Source: an uncultured Pelagibacteraceae bacterium
GTDB taxonomy: Bacteria > Pseudomonadota > Alphaproteobacteria > Pelagibacterales > AG-422-B15
Reading direction: 5' to 3'
Assembly (NCBI GenBank): GCA_902598405.1
Contig: CACKBQ010000001.1
Span: 1,456-65,455, forward strand
Length of the DNA: 64,000 nt
Made by a program: the position numbers and the translations under genes. Position 1 is the first letter of the stretch. Each line of letters starts with the position of its first letter. Positions 21,447 through 29,324 of this stretch are shown in pieces. The notes beneath the pieces are model-generated. The model was not told where the DNA came from. It searched no databases and saw nothing but the letters and a program-made list of their open reading frames with translations.

Positions 21447-21671
21447 GTGCCCAAAAGTTCAAAAAAAAGATCATTTGTTAAAGCTCTTACCTGGAGAGTA
21501 ACTGCAACAGCAGATACATTTTTAATCAGTTACCTAGTAATTTTAAAATCAGATTTTTCAGTTCTTGAAACTGCTGGTTTAATCGCTGCATTCGAAGTAA
21601 TTACAAAGGTAACTATTTATTATTTTCATGAAAGAATATGGAATTCTTTATCTTGGGGCATGGAATCTTAA
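21447..21671 (+). CDS. small membrane protein, DUF2061-like
   Basis: It has a GTG start. The pattern SFVKALTWRVTATADTFLISYLV...HERIWN matches my memory of DUF2061. Confidence 0.5.
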   Translation: MPKSSKKRSFVKALTWRVTATADTFLISYLVILKSDFSVLETAGLIAAFEVITKVTIYYFHERIWNSLSWGMES

Positions 21672-21715
21672 TTAAGTATTTTTAATTATGTATTGATTCT
21701 TTTGGTAAAAACTAT

Positions 21716-21732
21716 TTATCCACTTATCCACA
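21716..21732 (+). promoter_or_regulatory. two overlapping direct DnaA-box matches (TTATCCACT + TTATCCACA)
   Basis: The sequence reads TTATCCACTTATCCACA. The second box is a perfect match to the TTATCCACA consensus and the first is 8/9. AT-rich DNA follows immediately. Confidence 0.5.
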
Positions 21733-21799
21733 TCGTATAAGGAGTTTTTTTAATAAAACTTATTTAAAATTTTTTTTCTAATTGGTAATATTTTTATAT

Positions 21800-21911
21800 C
21801 GGACGAACAAAGAACGAAAGCCCTTCGGGGAGTTTGTCGGCGGGAAGCCGAGTTTCGGGGCGGAATGGAGACCTTTAGGGGTTTGTGTTGCGCCCCGTTT
21901 TTTTTGCTCCC
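21800..21911 (+). ncRNA. GC-rich structured leader / candidate riboswitch or attenuator upstream of the LysE-family gene
   Basis: This is a G+C island in AT-rich spacer. A stem pairs 21807-21811 with 21833-21837 and encloses a cUUCGg hairpin (21821-21830). Hairpin CGGC/GCCG (21838-21850), hairpin CCGA/UCGG (21848-21858) and the terminator stem (21856-21862/21891-21897) share bases. Confidence 0.55.
21856..21905 (+). terminator. intrinsic terminator-like hairpin plus U8
   Basis: CGGGGCG (21856-21862) pairs with CGCCCCG (21891-21897). An inner 5-bp helix pairs 21869-21873 with 21880-21884. T8 follows at 21898-21905. The element ends 28 nt before the ATG at 21934. Confidence 0.6.
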
Positions 21912-21933
21912 TTAAATACCACTGCTCGTTTTT

Positions 21934-22560
21934 ATGATCTTTGATTTCTCACTACTTTACTTTTTCATACCAGTTTTTTTCATAATATCCATTACTCCAG
22001 GTTTATGCATGACACTTGCTTTAACAATGGGAATTACAATAGGTGTAAAAAATACAATGAAAATGATGGTTGGAGAATTAATTGGAGTTTTAATTGTGGC
22101 AGGTACAGCGGTGGTAGGAGGTGGAGCGATCATCTCATCTTTTCCAATTGCATTTGCTGTTTTCAAATATGGAGGAGGTCTTTATTTGATGTTTGTTGGG
22201 TATCAGATGATTAACTCAAGAGGATCACTAGCATTAAATTTGGATGGTTCACATTCATTTGAAATAAATTTTTTTAAGTTAGCAATGCAAGGCTTTATAA
22301 CTGCTGTTGCGAATCCAAAAGGTTGGGCATTTTTTATTGCGATGGTACCTGCATTTATTAATTACGAAGCAAATTTAATCCCACAAATGTCAGCTCTCGT
22401 AATAATTATTCTTATAATTGAGTTTATTTCACTTATGATTTACGCAACAGGAGGTCAAGCTTTAGGTATTGTGTTAAAAAAACAAAATAATATCAGGCTT
22501 ATTAATGGGTTAGCAGGTTTCTTGATGGTGGGCGTTGGTGTTTGGTTAGCTCTTAGCTAA
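21934..22560 (+). CDS. LysE/RhtB-family amino-acid exporter
   Basis: It has the ITPG motif near the N-terminus (ISITPGLCM), ANPKGWAFF in the middle, 6 TM segments and 208 aa. Confidence 0.8.
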   Translation: MIFDFSLLYFFIPVFFIISITPGLCMTLALTMGITIGVKNTMKMMVGELIGVLIVAGTAVVGGGAIISSFPIAFAVFKYGGGLYLMFVGYQMINSRGSLALNLDGSHSFEINFFKLAMQGFITAVANPKGWAFFIAMVPAFINYEANLIPQMSALVIIILIIEFISLMIYATGGQALGIVLKKQNNIRLINGLAGFLMVGVGVWLALS

Positions 22561-23288
22561 TGTTTTGAAAAAAGAATTCCTGGACCAGCCGTACTATTAA
22601 TTCCAGCCTCTCTTAACATTTGCCAGCTAATCGCCTGATTTGATGAGATTACTGGTTTATCCAATACTTTCTCTGCTTCATTGATAATCTTAAATGTTTT
22701 AAGGTTGGTACATGAAATAAATACAGCTTCACAATCCTGTTTACCAACTTCTATTATAGCTTCTAGGCTGTCTTTATCTGAAATCCTTGCAACATTCCTA
22801 TCATCGAATTCATTAAAAGAAATTTGGTTTTGAATTATAAAATTATTAGCGTGCAAATGATCACATAAAGATTTTGTTAACGACTTTTGATAAGGTGATA
22901 CAAAATTTATTTTTCTACAGCCTAACGTACTCATAGCTTTTTTTACAGCTCTTATTGGATCAGTTACAAATGCCGATTTATGTTTTTTATTTATAAGGCT
23001 TTCAATTTTATCAGAGCCAATAACTGTTGCGCCTGATGTACAAGCATATCCAATACTATCATACTGGATATCAGGTAATAACGCAGATGCTGCTGGCAAT
23101 TCTTTTTCCATAAGTCCAAGATTTTCATTACTTACAATATTGTCACAGTAAATGCGAGAGTGATTGATTGATACACTTTGATCAAGAAGGGTTCTGAATT
23201 CTTGTTCGATAGTTTCATCGTTCTGAAGAACGATCAATCCTAATCTTGCTTTGTAATATTTATTGTCATCTAATTCATAATTTCTCAT
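22557..23288 (-). CDS. Asp/Glu/hydantoin-racemase-superfamily enzyme (maleate isomerase / arylmalonate decarboxylase-like)
   Basis: It starts ARLGLIVLQNDETIEQEF. The two active-site-type cysteines lie in GYACTSG (C83) and FISCTNL (C193). 243 aa. Confidence 0.7.
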   Translation of the reverse strand: MRNYELDDNKYYKARLGLIVLQNDETIEQEFRTLLDQSVSINHSRIYCDNIVSNENLGLMEKELPAASALLPDIQYDSIGYACTSGATVIGSDKIESLINKKHKSAFVTDPIRAVKKAMSTLGCRKINFVSPYQKSLTKSLCDHLHANNFIIQNQISFNEFDDRNVARISDKDSLEAIIEVGKQDCEAVFISCTNLKTFKIINEAEKVLDKPVISSNQAISWQMLREAGINSTAGPGILFSKH

Positions 23289-24802
23289 ACAAAAGCCTTT
23301 TGTGATTTTAAGATAACACTTCGTGTTTCAGATGGATTAATTACTGCGTCGATTTCAAGGTGAGCAGCAGCTTCTATGGCTTTTCCTTTATCATAGAGTT
23401 TTTCAACTAGACTATTGAATAATTTCTCTCTTTCTGAATTATCTTCAAACTTTTCTAACTCTTTTTTAAACCCAAGTTTTACAGCTCCTTCTAACCCCAT
23501 TGCTCCAAACTCACCTGTTGGCCACGCGGCTGTGTATACTGGTTCATGAAGACTACCACCAACCATTGCCTGAGCTCCAAGTCCATATCCTTTTCTTAAA
23601 AAAATAGCTGTTAAAGGTACTTTTACTTTCGATCCAATTTTAAAAAGATTTGACATTCTTCTAACAGCCCCTTCTTTCTCACTGTCAGGTCCCACCATAA
23701 ATCCAGGCGTATCAACAAGGGAGATAATTGGCAAACCATATTCACTGCACATTTCAATAAAAGAAGATGCTTTGTCTGCTCCTTCGGAGTCAATTGCACC
23801 ACCTAAATGTTGACTATCATTTGCCAATAACCCAAAAGGCTTTCCTTCTATTCTAATAAAGCATGAAACAATACCTTTTCCGTAATCAGGTCTTATTTCT
23901 GTAAATTGTTCAATATCAGAAATTATTCTTATAATATCTCGAACTGGATAAGACCATCTTCTATCTTTGGGCATAATATTACTCAGTTGAGTCTGATCAT
24001 CAGCTTTCCAATCTTTAATTTCACCTTGAAAGTATGAGAGAATTTTCTTTGCAATATTAGTTGCGTCCTTCTCGTCTTCAGCAACATAATCAATTACTCC
24101 GTTATTTTTCTGAACATCCGTTGGTCCTATTTCTTTTGGATCAAATTTTCCAAGTCCGCCACCTTCAATCATTGCAGGTCCTGCCATTCCAATCCAAGAA
24201 TTCTTGGCAGCAATCCTTATGTCTGCACTTCCAAAAAGAGCTGCATTGCCAGCAAAGCAAAATCCACTATTTATAGCAATTCTCAAACATCTACCGTACA
24301 AACTTGCCCAGAGTGCGAAAGATGGGACATGCAATCCAGCAACAGATGTTGTTACATCCGTATCTCCAGGCCTTCCACCTCCACCTTCAGTATAGATGAT
24401 TATTGGAAGTTTAAACTCTTTTGCTTTTTCACAGATGCGATCAAGTTTCATGTGATGAAAAAAACCTTGAGTACCTGCTAATACTGAATAGTCGTAAACA
24501 ATACTGACCGCATCAGACTTTTCCTCACCAATAAGTTCAGAATTGATTTTACAAAATCCAGTAACAATACCATCCGCCGCAGTATCAATTTGAAGATCTT
24601 CATATTTCCTTCTGTTTCTTTGTGCTGCTACCGCAAAAGCGCCGTATTCTAAAAAACTTTGATCATCAACTAAGTGTTTGAGATTTTCTCTTGCTGTTCT
24701 CAATCCAAGTTTATGCCTCTTATTTTTTGCTTCAGTTCGAGTTTCATCACTTAATTTTTCTAGCCTATCAAGAAATTGAGACAAATTAGGATTATCGGTC
24801 AT
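23285..24802 (-). CDS. acyl-CoA carboxylase carboxyltransferase subunit (PccB/MccB-like)
   Basis: It has the two-lobed carboxyltransferase pattern (YTEGGGGRPGD..., VDTPGFMVGP, RKGYGLGAQAM). 505 aa. Its stop overlaps the start of the downstream gene by 4 nt. Confidence 0.85.
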   Translation of the reverse strand: MTDNPNLSQFLDRLEKLSDETRTEAKNKRHKLGLRTARENLKHLVDDQSFLEYGAFAVAAQRNRRKYEDLQIDTAADGIVTGFCKINSELIGEEKSDAVSIVYDYSVLAGTQGFFHHMKLDRICEKAKEFKLPIIIYTEGGGGRPGDTDVTTSVAGLHVPSFALWASLYGRCLRIAINSGFCFAGNAALFGSADIRIAAKNSWIGMAGPAMIEGGGLGKFDPKEIGPTDVQKNNGVIDYVAEDEKDATNIAKKILSYFQGEIKDWKADDQTQLSNIMPKDRRWSYPVRDIIRIISDIEQFTEIRPDYGKGIVSCFIRIEGKPFGLLANDSQHLGGAIDSEGADKASSFIEMCSEYGLPIISLVDTPGFMVGPDSEKEGAVRRMSNLFKIGSKVKVPLTAIFLRKGYGLGAQAMVGGSLHEPVYTAAWPTGEFGAMGLEGAVKLGFKKELEKFEDNSEREKLFNSLVEKLYDKGKAIEAAAHLEIDAVINPSETRSVILKSQKAFV

Positions 24803-24808
24803 ATTTGA

Positions 24809-25336
24809 TCACAGCATTTTTTTTAAAATTGGGTCTTTTTGTATAAGATGATGATACACAACAGCTCCTAAATGAATAGTGAAAAGAAGTATCAAAAAAT
24901 ATGCTGAAATAACATGAACAGTTTGGAATTGGTCTGCAAGCTCGTAGTTAAAATAGTCAATGTAGACCTTAGATACAATAAAATTTACTTCCTCACCAGA
25001 AAGTAATAGTTTTAAGATTCCACTGAAAGTAATCAAAAGAAGCGCAACATAAAATAGTCCATGTACCGCCTTTGATGCTATTAATTGTAATTTATTTACA
25101 GCTGAGGCTATTGGCTTTGGATTAAAAAATTTCCAAATCAATCTGAGCAATGTTAAATAAAAAATACTCATACCAATAACAATATGTATATTTTCAACTG
25201 TTAATTTAAATTCAGAAAACTCTAAATTATCTAAATAGAGACCTAATGGTAATTGAAATAATAGAATTAAAAAAGTAAGCCAGTGAAAGAGTCGAGCAAG
25301 AACCCCATAAGTACTATTGTCATTTTTAATTTTCAT
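24809..25336 (-). CDS. cytochrome b561 family protein
   Basis: It has four TM helices with conserved His residues (RLFHW..., AVHGLFY, HLGAVVYHHL). 175 aa. Confidence 0.75.
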   Translation of the reverse strand: MKIKNDNSTYGVLARLFHWLTFLILLFQLPLGLYLDNLEFSEFKLTVENIHIVIGMSIFYLTLLRLIWKFFNPKPIASAVNKLQLIASKAVHGLFYVALLLITFSGILKLLLSGEEVNFIVSKVYIDYFNYELADQFQTVHVISAYFLILLFTIHLGAVVYHHLIQKDPILKKML

Positions 25337-25352
25337 AATATATATTTAAAAT

Positions 25353-25805
25353 ATGAAAACAATTTTGCAAATACTGCTTTCATCAACTTTAGCTTCTCTA
25401 TTTCTTGTTTTTATTAGTTTTGCCGACGACCATGGAAAAATTATAAAAGAAAGAAAATCATTATTTAAGCAAAATTATAGCCATGCTAAGAGAATGTCTG
25501 CAGAAATAGCAAAAGGTAATAATGATAAAGTAATAGAGCTTTCCGAAAAAATGAGCGTCAATTATGATAAGCTCATCGACCTTTTCCCTGATAATTCAAA
25601 AACAGGTTATGATACAGAAGCTTTGCCAACTATTTGGCTTCAAAAAGATGAATTTAATGCTTTGATGATTGAAACCTCAGACAAAGTCAAAAAATTTACC
25701 CAAATTGCTGCTAACCTTACAGGAGATGAATTAAAAGAGGCTCAAAAAAATTTAATTTGGTCAAGTTGCAAAGCTTGCCATGATAAATTTAGAATGCCTC
25801 ACTAG
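25353..25805 (+). CDS. class II cytochrome c (c'/c556-type)
   Basis: It has a signal peptide, a helical-bundle-sized mature protein, and a single C-terminal heme motif CKACH. Confidence 0.75.
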   Translation: MKTILQILLSSTLASLFLVFISFADDHGKIIKERKSLFKQNYSHAKRMSAEIAKGNNDKVIELSEKMSVNYDKLIDLFPDNSKTGYDTEALPTIWLQKDEFNALMIETSDKVKKFTQIAANLTGDELKEAQKNLIWSSCKACHDKFRMPH

Positions 25806-26224
25806 GCTATCACTGTCATTGAAATAATTCTTTTTATCCCAAGATCATTATTCTTGTACCGGTGCTCAAATAAATACACTCCTTGCCATATGCCAAGATC
25901 AAGTTTTTTTTCTTTAATTGGAATACTCAGTGTTGTGTTAGTCAGTGAAGATTTAATATGTGCAGGCATATCATCCGGACCCTCCTCACTGTGTAAGTAA
26001 TTATCGTTTTCGGGTACTATTTTATCGTAGTAATTTTCTAAATCTTTAAGAACGTTCGGATCTGCATTTTCCTGAATAATTAGAGAGGCTGAAGTATGTT
26101 TGATGAATATAGTACAGATACCTTTTGATATTCTATGTTTGCTTATAGCTTGATTAATAATATCTGTAATATTGTAGAGGCCTTTACCTTCAACTACTAT
26201 TTCAAGTTCTTTTTGAATTAACAT
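25802..26224 (-). CDS. YjbQ/UPF0047 family protein (secondary thiamine-phosphate synthase)
   Basis: It has HTSASLIIQENADPNV and GPDDMPAHIKSSL motifs. 140 aa. Confidence 0.8.
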   Translation of the reverse strand: MLIQKELEIVVEGKGLYNITDIINQAISKHRISKGICTIFIKHTSASLIIQENADPNVLKDLENYYDKIVPENDNYLHSEEGPDDMPAHIKSSLTNTTLSIPIKEKKLDLGIWQGVYLFEHRYKNNDLGIKRIISMTVIA

Positions 26225-26268
26225 TTTGATATAAATATATGTAAAATTAAATTAAGTTTACAACAACA

Positions 26269-27729
26269 ATGAAGAATAATGTATCCCTTTCTGATTCAGG
26301 GTGGAATTTACAAAGTAATTATACCCAAATATCCGATAAACTGTTTTCGGAATTGAAACCAGATATAGTTACTAATCCAAGTACTGTTATTGTTAATAAT
26401 GAACTTGCTAAAAAGCTTGGCTTAAATTTAAATGGTATGTCAGAAAAAGACTTATCCAATTTATTCTCAGGAAATACACTGCCTCATGGTTCAAAGCCAT
26501 TTGCACAGGCTTATGCAGGGCATCAATTTGGGCAATTTACAATTCTTGGTGACGGCAGGGCCCATATCGTTGGTGAGCAAGTAACCCCAGAGGGTGAAAT
26601 ATTTGATATTCAGTATAAAGGTTCGGGGCGGACACCTTATTCAAGAGGAGGAGATGGCAAGGCCGCATTGGGGCCAATGTTACGTGAATATCTAATTAGT
26701 GAAGCGATGTATCACTTAGGCATTCCAACTACGAGAAGTTTGGCAGTTGTTGAAACTGGTGAAAAAGTCTACCGAGAAGTCCCTTTAAAAGGATCAATAT
26801 TAACTCGGGTAGCGAGTAGTCATATTAGAATCGGTACTTTCCAATTTTTGGCAGCACACAAAGATTATGAAGGCATGCAAGATCTTTTAGATTTTTCTAT
26901 AAAAAGACATTTTCATAATTTGAAATTTTCTAAAAATGTAACTGTTGAATTTATTCAAGCTGTTATGCAGAAACAAATAAAATTGATAGTGGACTGGATG
27001 CGAGTTGGATTTATTCATGGTGTTATGAATACAGACAATTCAACGATATCTGGAGAGACAATTGATTATGGGCCGTGTGCCTTTATGGATAGCTACGATG
27101 CTAAGACAGTCTTTAGCTCAATTGATACGCAAGGAAGATACTCATTTGCTAATCAACCCTCCATAATTCATTGGAACTTAGTAAGGTTGGCAGAGAGCTT
27201 GTTACCTCTCATTGATAAAAATGAGAAGAAATCAATTGAAATTGCTCAAAATACACTAAATGAGTTTAGTGCTTTATTTAAAAATGAGTGGCTTCAAATG
27301 ATGAGAAAAAAAATAGGAATTGATGATCAGAGTGAAGAAGATGAAGAACTTATTAGTAACTTAGTCAATTGGATGCAAAACAAAAGTCCAGATTTTACAA
27401 ATACTTTTTGCAATTTGATGAACTATAATCATGCAAATGATGAAGTGTTTGGTGAGAATGATTTTGTTACCTGGAAAAAAAATTGGCAAGAAAGAGTTAA
27501 TAATAAAGAATATTTAAAAACGATGGCAAATACTAATCCTGTTTTAATACCTAGAAATTATTTAGTTGAGGAAGCGCTTAATGAGGCTGAAACGAAAGGT
27601 ATTTTTAATAAATTTAATGATCTTAACAAAGCAATTTCTTCGCCTTATCAGATAGAAAAAGTAAATATAAAATACCTGATTACACCGAGCAAAACCAATA
27701 TTCCCTATAAAACTTTTTGTGGTACTTAA
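26269..27729 (+). CDS. selO: protein adenylyltransferase SelO (YdiU)
   Basis: It has YAGHQFG, LGDGRA, KGSGRTPYSRGGDGKA and FIHGVMNTDN motifs of the SelO pseudokinase family. Confidence 0.9.
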   Translation: MKNNVSLSDSGWNLQSNYTQISDKLFSELKPDIVTNPSTVIVNNELAKKLGLNLNGMSEKDLSNLFSGNTLPHGSKPFAQAYAGHQFGQFTILGDGRAHIVGEQVTPEGEIFDIQYKGSGRTPYSRGGDGKAALGPMLREYLISEAMYHLGIPTTRSLAVVETGEKVYREVPLKGSILTRVASSHIRIGTFQFLAAHKDYEGMQDLLDFSIKRHFHNLKFSKNVTVEFIQAVMQKQIKLIVDWMRVGFIHGVMNTDNSTISGETIDYGPCAFMDSYDAKTVFSSIDTQGRYSFANQPSIIHWNLVRLAESLLPLIDKNEKKSIEIAQNTLNEFSALFKNEWLQMMRKKIGIDDQSEEDEELISNLVNWMQNKSPDFTNTFCNLMNYNHANDEVFGENDFVTWKKNWQERVNNKEYLKTMANTNPVLIPRNYLVEEALNEAETKGIFNKFNDLNKAISSPYQIEKVNIKYLITPSKTNIPYKTFCGT

Positions 27730-28484
27730 GATACTCTAAGTTTTTTTTCAAGGCGTCTCACTAAAAAAGAAACAACTAAAATAAGAACTAAATATTCTAA
27801 AACTAGAAAAGTATATATTTCTAAAGGTCGATATTGACTAACTACTAGTTCATTTGCTTTTCGTGTTAGTTCGTTCAGGCCAATAATTGATACCAAAGAT
27901 GACATCTTCAGCATGTACACAAATTGGTTACCTAATGCGGGTAGTATTATTCTAACTGCTTGAGGGAGAGTTATATAATAAAATATTTGGAAAAAACTCA
28001 TTCCCATAGAAGAACCCGCCTCTTTCTGACCTTTCGGAACTGCCTGAATGCCAGATCTAAAAATTTCAGCAATAAAAGGACTTTCACATATGCTTAATGC
28101 GATTATACCCGCAGTAAATGCAGTGAAATTAAGGTTTAGTAAAACTGGCAAACCATAATAAACCCATAAAATCATAACTAAGACAGGTATCGCTCGGACA
28201 ATTTCAGTGTAGCCAATATTAATAGCATTAAGCGTTCTATTTTTTGTTATGCTGGCCACAGAAACAATCAGACCTAATATTATTGCTATTGTAATTGAAA
28301 TAACAGAAAGAATAATTGTATATCCAAGGCCTCCAATCAAAAATTCAATATTTGACAGTCCAATTTTGTTATTAGGTAAAATAACATACCAGCCCCATTG
28401 ATAATTTGATGCACACCCTACAAATACTAAAAAAGTCAAAAGTATAATGAAGATTTTCATATTTTTAGTAATATTGAAATTCAT
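27726..28484 (-). CDS. polar amino-acid ABC transporter permease
   Basis: It has the EAA-loop region (ESPFIAEIFRSGIQAVPKGQKEAGSSMGMS). The true start may be the internal MKIFIILL. The N-terminus has a lipobox-like FVGC. Confidence 0.85.
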   Translation of the reverse strand: MNFNITKNMKIFIILLTFLVFVGCASNYQWGWYVILPNNKIGLSNIEFLIGGLGYTIILSVISITIAIILGLIVSVASITKNRTLNAINIGYTEIVRAIPVLVMILWVYYGLPVLLNLNFTAFTAGIIALSICESPFIAEIFRSGIQAVPKGQKEAGSSMGMSFFQIFYYITLPQAVRIILPALGNQFVYMLKMSSLVSIIGLNELTRKANELVVSQYRPLEIYTFLVLEYLVLILVVSFLVRRLEKKLRVS

Positions 28485-28559
28485 GATAAAAAATATAATT
28501 ATAATATTTAAATATAAACGTATAATTTTTTAAAAAAATATTAAAAAAGGAAAAATCAA

Positions 28560-29324
28560 ATGAAGCTCATTCAAGCCCTGTTAATCTCTTTAGCGTTATT
28601 TACCTCGTCTTTATCCAATGCATCAACACTTGATGAAATTATGCAAACAGGTGTACTAAAAGTTGGAACGACTGGTGATTTTCCAGGCTGGAGCTTTATG
28701 AATCCTGAAACTAATGAATACGAAGGTTACGATATTGATGTAGCAAAAAAATTAGCTGAAGATATGGGAGTTGATATTGAATTTGTAGCGACAGATTGGA
28801 AAAATCTTGTTTCGGGTGTAGTGGCTTCTAAATACCATATGACATCAAGCGCCTCCATAACAACACAGAGAGCACTCACAGCCGGATATTCAGACTCATA
28901 TTACGGTACCGGAACAGTTGCAATGACACTTTCTAAAAATTCAGAAAAAATTACGAGTTGGGATAATATAAATAACTCTGACACAACGGTTGCAGTTACA
29001 CTTGGTACTGTTTTTGAAAATGAAGCGAAAAAATCATTTCCTGACTCTAAAATTGTAATGGTAGAAGCTCCTGCACGTGAATATCAAGAAGTTTTATCAG
29101 GCAGAGCCGATGTGTCATTGACAAGTAAAGTCGATGCTATGAAGTTGATTAATTTATACCCTGAGCTGTCAATTATAAATATTGATGAACCTAAAAATGC
29201 CAAGCTTTTTGCAATTCTATTACCAAGAGGTGATCAAGAATGGATAAACTTTATTAATCATTGGATTTCAGATCAAAAAAATAAAGGTTTTTTTAATCAA
29301 ACCGCATCTAAGTTTGGTTTATAA
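28560..29324 (+). CDS. family-3 periplasmic solute-binding protein (polar amino acid / cyclohexadienyl-dehydratase-like)
   Basis: It has a signal peptide, LKVGTTGDFPGWSF, and DIDVAKKLAE..IEFV..W..L motifs. Confidence 0.8.
   Translation: MKLIQALLISLALFTSSLSNASTLDEIMQTGVLKVGTTGDFPGWSFMNPETNEYEGYDIDVAKKLAEDMGVDIEFVATDWKNLVSGVVASKYHMTSSASITTQRALTAGYSDSYYGTGTVAMTLSKNSEKITSWDNINNSDTTVAVTLGTVFENEAKKSFPDSKIVMVEAPAREYQEVLSGRADVSLTSKVDAMKLINLYPELSIINIDEPKNAKLFAILLPRGDQEWINFINHWISDQKNKGFFNQTASKFGL

Noticed and set aside
21827-21876. Outright annotation of the LysE leader as a yybP-ykoY Mn2+ riboswitch.
   Set aside because: Only the GGGGAGU and GAGACCUUU segments resemble that family from memory. The element is about half the usual length, lacks the second conserved arm, and the downstream gene is not a typical Mn-homeostasis gene. 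I kept it as an unassigned candidate RNA.
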